IMG/VR virus record: IMGVR_UViG_3300033489_000017
Span: 1 to 45,411 of that record
Length of the DNA stretch: 45,411 nt
Strand: one strand, 5' to 3'
DNA from: a virus
Taxonomy: Duplodnaviria > Caudoviricetes
Shown: positions 35,413-42,321 of the stretch, one piece after another
How the letters are laid out: each line of letters starts with the position of its first letter
Numbering within the stretch: the first letter of the stretch is position 1
Program-made: the position numbers and the translations under genes
Notes under the pieces: generated by a model
What the model was told of the DNA's origin: nothing
The model's database searches: none
The model's input: the letters and a program-made list of their open reading frames with translations, nothing else

Positions 35413-36302
35413 GCTTGCTCCTTATGGTTGCCGTTGCTACCGATCTCGATTTCCGGTTTGCGCTCATTCAGGATCGCATTCACGATCCCGACCGAAACAC
35501 CAATCTCTTGTGCCAGCTTCGCCTGGGCTTTACCAGCGTCTTCCGGGTGTGCACTCAGGTGTTCACGGACACGTTCACGAGCATTCATTACGCGCTTTCG
35601 CCCAGGTCTTGCTGCCGCTTTCACTGATGGTCCAATAAGGTCTGGCGCAACTCGTTCGTTTCGGTTTTGCTGGCGCGTCATCGCATTGACGATTTCCGAG
35701 GCGAAACGGGCGGTTAACAGGCCTGCCACGAGCGCCATGAATGGGGGGAACAGAATGCTTGCCATATCGACAAAAAAGGCGATCTGAATGTCGGCGTTCG
35801 CATTCGCCAGGCCGGTTATGAATGACTGGATTGTGGTGCTTCCTACCTTCTCGATCAACGGGCGCACGCCGATGTTAAAGTTACTGATCAGTGCATAGCC
35901 GAAAGCGATGTACAACACCACCTTGATTAAATCGCGCCGTTCCGGCAGTTGGTCGTAGCTGGCCGGCTCCTCTATTCCTATCCGCTCTTTGAACCAGTGG
36001 ATGACACTTTTTACGCTTAGAACGTGCCGCTTATGCCTGGATTGCCGCCACTTAATTTCCTGCCATTCTTGCGCAAGCGCCAGCACGAAGATCGCGCCCT
36101 CGACGCCGATGGTCAGCAGCGCGGCGACGGCGGCGGCTACGTTCGGATCGGTGCCGCCCGATGCATATATGTCACGGGTGGTCATGAACGTGCGCACTGC
36201 CGAGGCGATAGCCGTAAAAAGCGCGATGACGGGAACGAGCGCCTTGCTCCACATCATCACGTTGTAAACCATTTTTCGCGGGTCTAATTTGCGCTGCGTC
36301 AT
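35409..36302 (-). CDS. Multi-TM membrane protein with C-terminal HTH (DUF2637-like)
   Basis: About four hydrophobic segments (IGVEGAI..LA; ISNFN; P...LV) and QAKLAQEIGVSVG.V HTH. Confidence 0.7.
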   Translation of the reverse strand: MTQRKLDPRKMVYNVMMWSKALVPVIALFTAIASAVRTFMTTRDIYASGGTDPNVAAAVAALLTIGVEGAIFVLALAQEWQEIKWRQSRHKRHVLSVKSVIHWFKERIGIEEPASYDQLPERRDLIKVVLYIAFGYALISNFNIGVRPLIEKVGSTTIQSFITGLANANADIQIAFFVDMASILFPPFMALVAGLLTARFASEIVNAMTRQQNRNERVAPDLIGPSVKAAARPGRKRVMNARERVREHLSAHPEDAGKAQAKLAQEIGVSVGIVNAILNERKPEIEIGSNGNHKEQA

Positions 36303-36649
36303 CGCTCCGTCTCCCGCGCCGCGTCGGCGTGCATTCGTTCGCAATCGATTATCGCCAGTTTCGCAGCATCAAACGGGCCGTGAAACACGGGGTGATATGG
36401 TTGTCCGCCTGGTTGAATGCGTCCGTTCTCGTACCAATACCAGCCGACCTCCCGCTGTGCAACATACCACCAACAGAGAACGGAGTCAGGGATATATCGA
36501 CCGTACCAGTCCTTTTCGTCTTTTCGATGATAGTAAGTCCACGCCGGGAATAGTTTAACCTCTTCCGGTTGGCGGGCTGCTTCTATTTGTGATGTGTATC
36601 GCATCAAAACGAGCAATTCACAGTCTGTTAAATCGTTGATGTCCTTCAT
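36299..36649 (-). CDS. Hypothetical aromatic-rich protein
   Basis: GGAGG RBS; ATGA overlap downstream. Confidence 0.6.
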   Translation of the reverse strand: MKDINDLTDCELLVLMRYTSQIEAARQPEEVKLFPAWTYYHRKDEKDWYGRYIPDSVLCWWYVAQREVGWYWYENGRIQPGGQPYHPVFHGPFDAAKLAIIDCERMHADAARETER

Positions 36650-36650
36650 C

Positions 36651-36866
36651 TCATTCCTCCCGCGCCGTCCGCTGGCGCTGCGCCTCGAACTGCTGCAACG
36701 CCATCTGATCCGCTTTCCTGTCGTTCGAAGCTATAAAACGAATTGCCCGCCGGATGATCACGGTGGCATTCTCGCCATACCGCTCGGTTAGATAGGTCAA
36801 TTCTTCGCTCGTGCGTTCGTCAAGCTTCAGATTCAAACGTCTTCCCTTGCCCGTATTCTGTGCCAT
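36651..36866 (-). CDS. Ribbon-helix-helix DNA-binding protein
   Basis: RRLNLKLD....EL..L...YG....VIIRRAI. Confidence 0.7.
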   Translation of the reverse strand: MAQNTGKGRRLNLKLDERTSEELTYLTERYGENATVIIRRAIRFIASNDRKADQMALQQFEAQRQRTAREE

Positions 36867-36898
36867 ATAGCCCCGCTTTATATGCGCAATATACACAT

Positions 36899-36927
36899 AA
36901 GATACACCCGTCCGCCGCCGCTGTCAA
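36899..36927 (-). promoter_or_regulatory. Sigma70-type promoter of the leftward accessory operon
   Basis: TTGACA-17-TATCTT on minus strand. Confidence 0.7.
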
Positions 36928-36945
36928 GCGCCGCCGCTACGCACG

Positions 36946-36971
36946 AAAACGCCCCGCGCGATGGCGGGGCG
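36946..36971 (-). terminator. Intrinsic terminator
   Basis: Minus strand GCCCCGC/GCGGGGC stem then GTTTT, just after the stop at 36980. Confidence 0.6.
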
Positions 36972-36979
36972 GGGGGGGG

Positions 36980-37198
36980 CTAGTCGTGGTCGAGAACTGC
37001 ATGGTCTTCTATGATGTCTTTCACCAGTTCTTTACCGCAATCTCGCGGGATTGGTGTCACTTCCTCGCGGCGGTGATAGAGCGTGTCGATTGCTAGGATG
37101 ATAACTTCGCTCTCCGACATACCGTATTGCGTCTTGAGCCAGTTCAACTCCCGGATGGTAAGTGCCGGAAGTCGGACGTTTTTCTGTTGGCGTGGCAT
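36980..37198 (-). CDS. Ribbon-helix-helix DNA-binding protein
   Basis: QKNVRLP.....EL..L...YGMSESEVI..AI; TAATG coupling. Confidence 0.7.
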   Translation of the reverse strand: MPRQQKNVRLPALTIRELNWLKTQYGMSESEVIILAIDTLYHRREEVTPIPRDCGKELVKDIIEDHAVLDHD

Positions 37199-37686
37199 TA
37201 TGCACTCATCCGGTCGTAGCAGTTCAGGCATGACGTTCCGAGGCTGGCGCTCATTACCTCTGATTTTTCAACCATGTGTCCGCAGGTGCATTTGACCATT
37301 ACGGGTTCTGGGAGCGCTATTTTACGCGCGGCTTGAGCCGCCTTGCGTTCAGCGATAACGCCTTGTCCGCGTCGGGCTGCGAGTTTCAATTCGATGCAGC
37401 GTTCCGGCGGGTTCTCGATTTTGTCGCCGTTCAACCAGGGCGAATGTTCGCCGTACTGAATGCCGTAATCCGTGCATTCATGATCTGACAGGGGGACGAT
37501 TCCGCGCGATACACAGGCCGCCTCATATTCGCTGCGGTTGGCCGCATACGGTACATTCTCGATGGAGCGCACTGCTGCATAGAAATCAGTCAGCGTCCGC
37601 TGGAGCAGTTCATCCGGGGTTTCCTCATCTGACCAGTGTTTGCAATCTAGTTCTGCATTCTCATTCGTCGGGTTATTGGTCGCCAT
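37198..37686 (-). CDS. Hypothetical protein with C-terminal zinc finger
   Basis: CTCGH...MSAS.GTSC.NCYD; AGAGG RBS, own promoter. Confidence 0.7.
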   Translation of the reverse strand: MATNNPTNENAELDCKHWSDEETPDELLQRTLTDFYAAVRSIENVPYAANRSEYEAACVSRGIVPLSDHECTDYGIQYGEHSPWLNGDKIENPPERCIELKLAARRGQGVIAERKAAQAARKIALPEPVMVKCTCGHMVEKSEVMSASLGTSCLNCYDRMSA

Positions 37687-37722
37687 TGCAGCCTCTTTCG
37701 TGCTTCACTTGACTATGCTTAC

Positions 37723-37750
37723 AGTATAGCATACTGCTATACATTGTCAA
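37723..37750 (-). promoter_or_regulatory. Promoter with overlapping palindromic operator
   Basis: TTGACA-16-TATACT (extended TG); GTATAGCA-N3-TGCTATAC at 37724-37742. Confidence 0.75.
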
Positions 37751-37791
37751 GCACCAATACCCCCCAATAATCGGGGGTTCCGTCGCCGCCG

Positions 37792-38073
37792 CTACGCTCG
37801 CGGCGTCCGGCGCGCGGGCCGATGCGGGTTCGCGCCGTCCACGCGCAGAAGTATCGTGTGTGCCAGCAGGATGTCATCGGCGCTAGGATCGAGCGAATAG
37901 CGGCCCGGCGATACCCGGACGGCAGACAATTCGAGGCGGTAGCGATAGGCGGTGTAACGTGACACGCGCAAGAGCACGGCGACGGCGCTATCAGACAGAC
38001 CATCGGGGGAACCAATGTACAGCCGTTTGGCTACGAATAACCGTTCGATGTGTCGCCGCGCCGAATTTGACAT
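37792..38073 (-). CDS. Small HTH-like protein
   Basis: LSDSAVAVLLRVSRYTAYRYR; TATAAT on minus strand at 38113-38118. Confidence 0.55.
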   Translation of the reverse strand: MSNSARRHIERLFVAKRLYIGSPDGLSDSAVAVLLRVSRYTAYRYRLELSAVRVSPGRYSLDPSADDILLAHTILLRVDGANPHRPARRTPRA

Positions 38074-38289
38074 GAGATTTTACACTTTGTCATATTGCCC
38101 AATGTGACACTTATTATACGCTTAACCTACGCTGTGACGGAAAGAATACCCCCTCATAGTAAAAAGGTACTATAATTAAAATGGAACGCCACTCCTAACT
38201 CCACGCGCCCCGCCAGCGCTCAGGGCGCGCCCGCTGCATCGTTAGAACGCCTACATCGACGTGTACGACGCGCGCGGGAGGGACGCAGG

Positions 38290-38544
38290 ATGGCAGACAG
38301 CGAGACGCAAAGGCTTGCCGAGGACTTATCGGAGTTATCAACCAGCGAATTGAGACATGTAAAAAACTTACTTTTGGCGGCGCGATTGCTTCATCGATTG
38401 AACTATCCCGATGATCGCGTTACGGCTGCCCTCTGGAAGTTCCATGATGCTTACAGCCAGGGCCAGCGCTTGGGGATCGACTTCCGCCAGGTGTTCGGTG
38501 GGTTTGTTGACGTTCCCCAAGAGGTAGTCTGCACTTACTCTTAG
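38290..38544 (+). CDS. Hypothetical protein overlapping the repressor 3' end in antisense
   Basis: GGGAGG RBS, TATAAT at 38171-38176; 177-nt antisense overlap lowers confidence. Confidence 0.4.
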   Translation: MADSETQRLAEDLSELSTSELRHVKNLLLAARLLHRLNYPDDRVTAALWKFHDAYSQGQRLGIDFRQVFGGFVDVPQEVVCTYS

Positions 38545-38727
38545 GGCTTTGACCATTCTGGAGAGGACATTGGAGTCGGGGTTACTGATACCTTGCTCGT
38601 AGCTTCCCATCGTTCGTAATCCTACGCCTACCATAGTGGCTAGTTCCTTCTGTGACATCTGGCGCAACTTCCGCGCCTGTTTCAGCCGATCCGCCCTAAA
38701 GCTCATTTTGTGTGGCCCCTTTGTCAT
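38368..38727 (-). CDS. XRE-family repressor (cI-like; alternative start 38706)
   Basis: RLKQARK...MSQKELA..VGV....GSYEQG...P....L..M..AL.VS.DYLLG. Confidence 0.9.
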   Translation of the reverse strand: MTKGPHKMSFRADRLKQARKLRQMSQKELATMVGVGLRTMGSYEQGISNPDSNVLSRMVKALRVSADYLLGNVNKPTEHLAEVDPQALALAVSIMELPEGSRNAIIGIVQSMKQSRRQK

Positions 38728-38764
38728 CTGCGATACCCTTTCATTGTGCCGTAAAATTGGGGGC

Positions 38765-38847
38765 TTGACACTAGCGAAAAACTGCCTATACTTAGTAGTA
38801 GCATTTCGCTCTTTTTTATTATAGAGCAGGTAGCAGAATTCTGCTAC
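38765..38847. promoter_or_regulatory. Lysis/lysogeny switch: face-to-face promoters and operators
   Basis: Rightward TTGACA-16-TATACT (38765-38792); leftward TATAAT (38823-38818); perfect palindrome GTAGCAGAATTCTGCTAC (38830-38847). Confidence 0.7.
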
Positions 38848-38864
38848 TGATGAAAGGTTGAAAC

Positions 38865-39056
38865 GTGCCGACCGCGAACGTCTTGACTGCGAACGACCTC
38901 AAACGCCTGCATGAACTTCATGAGGCAGGTATCCCCGATCTGCGGATCGCCCTGCTTATGGGTATAGCACCAAACACGGTGCGACACCACCTGGGCAAGA
39001 ATCACAAGACGACCGACAATGACAAGCGCGCGGCCACGCGGGCCGGGGAGCGGTGA
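38865..39056 (+). CDS. Cro-like HTH protein
   Basis: Divergent from repressor; IALLMGIAPNTVRHHL HTH; AAAGGT RBS, GTG start. Confidence 0.65.
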   Translation: MPTANVLTANDLKRLHELHEAGIPDLRIALLMGIAPNTVRHHLGKNHKTTDNDKRAATRAGER

Positions 39057-39059
39057 GCG

Positions 39060-39470
39060 ATGACGACACAACCGATCATTGTGTGCCTATGCGGCTCAAC
39101 ACGTTTCTTTGAAGTGTTCCGTAGAGCAAACTTCGACGAGACGCTGATGGGCAAGATTGTGCTGACTATCGGTTGTGACACGCGCAACGACACAGACTTA
39201 TTCGCAACGTTCACCGAAGCGCACCGGAACCGGATCAAGGCGGAATTGGACGAGCTTCACCTGCGCAAGATCGATCTGGCGGACGAAGTCCTGATTCTCA
39301 ATGTCGGCGGCTACATCGGCGATAGCACCCGCGCAGAACTTCACTACGCCCGGTCACTTGGCAAGCGCATTCGGTTCCTGGAGCCGCCGCACGACGTAGC
39401 GCGTCCTATTCCCGCTAGCCGTGATGAAGACGATGACGTTCCCGGTTATCTGCGTGGTGACCTGCTATGA
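39060..39470 (+). CDS. Nucleoside 2-deoxyribosyltransferase-like Rossmannoid protein
   Basis: IVCLCGSTRF...LDELH.RKID.AD.V...N..GYIG.ST..E..YA...GK. Confidence 0.75.
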   Translation: MTTQPIIVCLCGSTRFFEVFRRANFDETLMGKIVLTIGCDTRNDTDLFATFTEAHRNRIKAELDELHLRKIDLADEVLILNVGGYIGDSTRAELHYARSLGKRIRFLEPPHDVARPIPASRDEDDDVPGYLRGDLL

Positions 39471-39561
39471 CCCCGATGACGCCCCTGCCGCTGCCGTCGC
39501 CGCAGCAGCCGGCGGCGCTCGTGCCGGCGGCGCTTCCGTTCGACGGGATGGAGGATTGACG

Positions 39562-39822
39562 ATGAGTCGCGCATCAGGTTTCGCCAAGTTCGTCAATGCG
39601 CCGTGGACGCGCATCAAACCGAATCTCTGCCCATTCTGTGAGCACTATCGGTTTAATTCACATTGGTACGGCGAATGTGCGGCCAAGCGAACGATACTCA
39701 GCAATCCTCACACAGACGCCGGCAGGTGCAAGGACTATCAGCAATCAACGCCCAAGCAACCGCCTGAATGGATTGCCAGTGTCGCTACTGAAGGCAAGTA
39801 TCACAAGGCGGGTAAAAGATGA
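39562..39822 (+). CDS. Small Cys-rich hypothetical protein
   Basis: GGAGG RBS; CPFCEHY...GEC...C..Y. Confidence 0.55.
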   Translation: MSRASGFAKFVNAPWTRIKPNLCPFCEHYRFNSHWYGECAAKRTILSNPHTDAGRCKDYQQSTPKQPPEWIASVATEGKYHKAGKR

Positions 39823-40069
39823 CGCTCGCTGCGCTCGCCGTCGTGCTCGCGTGCGTCGCCGTGCAGCTCGTGGTGACGACGCTGGCGGCGTGTATCGCGC
39901 GGCGGCGGGGGGGATAGGCTGTAACGATAGAGACATTCTGCCCTGGTGGGGGCTGAATAGCACGTGAAGCAAGACCACGAGGGGTGTGCGCATCCCGGCC
40001 CTGGACAGGGATGCACTAAAAGTAAGCGGGGCACGATGAACCGTGCCCCTAGCAACATAGGAGTAAGCT

Positions 40070-40297
40070 ATGTCGCCTTTACTAAGTTTATCAGATGAAC
40101 TGCCGGAACTCAAGCGCCTCGCCGCCGTCGTCCTCGACGGACTGGACGAGCAAGAGAAGTTTAGCGAGATGACGTACCTCCAGTCGGCCTGCGACGGCAA
40201 ATCTCCGACCTATCAACTCGCCGTCCTGCTGACCTTCGTCGAACTCTACCGCCCCGATTTAGTGCCGCCGAGTCTGGCGAAATGGGAGCCATCATGA
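40070..40297 (+). CDS. Hypothetical protein
   Basis: AGGAG RBS. Confidence 0.6.
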   Translation: MSPLLSLSDELPELKRLAAVVLDGLDEQEKFSEMTYLQSACDGKSPTYQLAVLLTFVELYRPDLVPPSLAKWEPS

Positions 40298-41001
40298 TCG
40301 CGCAAGCCTACATCGCTCCAACTGCGCCTATCGTGGCGCTGCACCCGATACCGCGTCGGTACGACAAGGCAGCGATCCGCGCGATGTTATCCGTCACGCC
40401 GAAACAGGAGGACGCCGTGTCCCGCCCACCGCAGACGTTCAACCACCAGAACAAGCGCGCCGCCGCCGGGCGCTACGATTGGAGCAAGCACCTGCCGAAC
40501 CATCCCGCCGGTTTTGCTGAGGATGATTGCCCGTGGTGGAATGCCGAGTGGTTCGACCACTGCTCACCGGAGGCGGAATACGTCGAAGCGCCGCAACAGA
40601 TTACCACATCGGCACCCGTTGCACTTCTGCCTGATTTTTGTGAATCCACTCCGCCCCTCGTTCGCTCCGCTTATCGAAAGGCCCAAGAGATGCTGTTAAT
40701 TGGTTCCTCGTTCGCCGAAACCGCGCCCGTCTTCAACGGCGGCAAAGCGCAATTAGCCCTCGTCACGGACAAGGCTGACTATGACAAGACAATGGCAGCC
40801 TACAATGCACGCTGCGACGCGCCCAAAAACCAGGATGCACAGCGCGCCTGGAATACGATCAGCGCCGCGTCCGTGCTCGCCACACGCACCGGCGCCGGGC
40901 GTGCGGGTCCGCTGGCGGCGGGCGGTGACGGCGTGATGCGCGCCGACGCCCCGTCCTCTCGATTAGTTTTGTGGAGGTTATCGTGGCTAGACAACCCTTG
41001 A
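40294..41001 (+). CDS. Hypothetical protein
   Basis: ATGA overlap; long ORF in the early operon. Confidence 0.55.
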   Translation: MIAQAYIAPTAPIVALHPIPRRYDKAAIRAMLSVTPKQEDAVSRPPQTFNHQNKRAAAGRYDWSKHLPNHPAGFAEDDCPWWNAEWFDHCSPEAEYVEAPQQITTSAPVALLPDFCESTPPLVRSAYRKAQEMLLIGSSFAETAPVFNGGKAQLALVTDKADYDKTMAAYNARCDAPKNQDAQRAWNTISAASVLATRTGAGRAGPLAAGGDGVMRADAPSSRLVLWRLSWLDNP

Positions 41002-41246
41002 GCGAGTTTTGCGACCCTTCCAACAGCTTAGAAGATGCCTACGACTACATCGACAGCTACCGCGCCGAGCACGACCGGGCGCAGCGGCGGCAGGACCGCG
41101 AACAACTTGTCTGCCCCGATTGTAAGTCCGTCCTGGGCGTGAACTATCGCGGCGATCTGATCTGCGATACGACGGGCGTGGGCTGTTTTAACTTTGGTGT
41201 GTTCCGTTCGGCAAACGGCAGGCTCATAGAGGCGAACCATGACTGA
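40983..41246 (+). CDS. Small zinc-ribbon protein
   Basis: GGAGG RBS then GTG; CPDC...C.....C. Confidence 0.55.
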   Translation: MARQPLSEFCDPSNSLEDAYDYIDSYRAEHDRAQRRQDREQLVCPDCKSVLGVNYRGDLICDTTGVGCFNFGVFRSANGRLIEANHD

Positions 41247-41475
41247 CGACACGCGCGCCGTCGACGGCGCAACGGGCGAGCCGGACGACGTGCCGGAGTT
41301 TTTCGACCTTCCGTTTGAGCAGTGGTATGAAGACGAGGACGAAATTGATTGGCGCGGCTTTGACGCCGATGAGTATTCAGAGTTGAACCTTGACGACTGG
41401 ATGAGACTCCGCGACCCGTCGCACGCCGCCTCCGAGCGCGAGCGGGCGCGCGACGCCGAAAGCGAGACGCGATGA
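41239..41475 (+). CDS. Highly acidic small protein
   Basis: GAGG RBS; Asp/Glu-rich with spaced aromatics. Confidence 0.6.
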   Translation: MTDDTRAVDGATGEPDDVPEFFDLPFEQWYEDEDEIDWRGFDADEYSELNLDDWMRLRDPSHAASERERARDAESETR

Positions 41476-41747
41476 CTATCCTGGTTGACGACCCGATGCC
41501 CATCGGCGGGCGCTACGACGGCTATTGTCACCTGTGGAGCGATACCCTGAACGACACCGAGTTACACGACTTCGCGCGTCGGCTGGCGCTGCCGCGTTCC
41601 TGGCTTCAGATTTCGCACGGCGTTGAAGTGCGGGAGTTCAAACATTTTGACCTGTCGCCGTCGAAGCGAGCGCAGGCCCTCAAACTTGGCGCGCGCTACA
41701 TGCCGATGCGCCAGTGGCTTAGCGAGCAGCGGGCGCGCGACGAATGA
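41472..41747 (+). CDS. DUF4031-like protein
   Basis: ILVDD...CHL.SD....ELH.FA.RL.L.R.W.Q...HFDL....RA.A...GA. Confidence 0.8.
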   Translation: MTILVDDPMPIGGRYDGYCHLWSDTLNDTELHDFARRLALPRSWLQISHGVEVREFKHFDLSPSKRAQALKLGARYMPMRQWLSEQRARDE

Positions 41748-41914
41748 GCCGCTACACCGAATGGATGCGCTACAAGGCGCGGTACTTCCCCCGGAAGCCG
41801 AGCGACTACGACCTGTCGCCGGAAGCGTTCGGGCGCAAGCTGGCGGCGGACGTTGGCCGCGCTTACCGGCGGTTCTGGCGGCGATATTGGCGGAACGAGG
41901 CGCGCGACGAATGA
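41744..41914 (+). CDS. Hypothetical 56-aa basic/aromatic protein (not in ORF track)
   Basis: ATGA overlap; MSRYTEWMRYKARYFPRKP...RNEARDE*. Confidence 0.5.
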   Translation: MSRYTEWMRYKARYFPRKPSDYDLSPEAFGRKLAADVGRAYRRFWRRYWRNEARDE

Positions 41915-42042
41915 CTGAGCAGCCGCCGTCCGACGCCGAACCGCGCCCGGCGCAACTGGAGCTGTGGATTGAGGTGAACGAATGACGAAAGGGCACGAAC
42001 ATGACAACTGGTGTACACTCCACTGGCATCAAGGAGTCGCCT

Positions 42043-42204
42043 ATGCCAGCCAAACCCAGGTACAACCGCCGCAAGCTGCAAGCGCGCCTCGACGCCGAAA
42101 CCGAAGCGGCGTTCCGGCTGCTCAAGCGCATGACCGGCTTGACCGAAAGCGGGCTTATCCGCCAGCTTATCATCGACGCGGCACGGCGCTATCAGAAGCC
42201 GTAG
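42043..42204 (+). CDS. Ribbon-helix-helix DNA-binding protein
   Basis: AAGGAG RBS; KLQARLD......F..L...TGLTES.LIRQLI. Confidence 0.7.
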   Translation: MPAKPRYNRRKLQARLDAETEAAFRLLKRMTGLTESGLIRQLIIDAARRYQKP

Positions 42205-42215
42205 AAAACTGGCGC

Positions 42216-42244
42216 TTGACTTGTAGTACAATACGTGATAAGAT
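42216..42244 (+). promoter_or_regulatory. Sigma70-type promoter with palindrome TTGTAGTACAA in the spacer
   Basis: TTGACT-17-TAAGAT with extended TG; palindrome 42221-42231. Confidence 0.7.
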
Positions 42245-42321
42245 ACTCATAGCCTCAAAAACAGAGTGCCCCTCGGTGCATCGAACACCAGGGGCGCGGA
42301 CGATCTGGAAAGGAGACCGTC

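Noticed and set aside
36875-36905. Second dif-like site (TGCGCAATATACACATAAG)
   Set aside because: Lacks ATAA-N6-TTAT geometry; more likely an RHH operator beside the promoter
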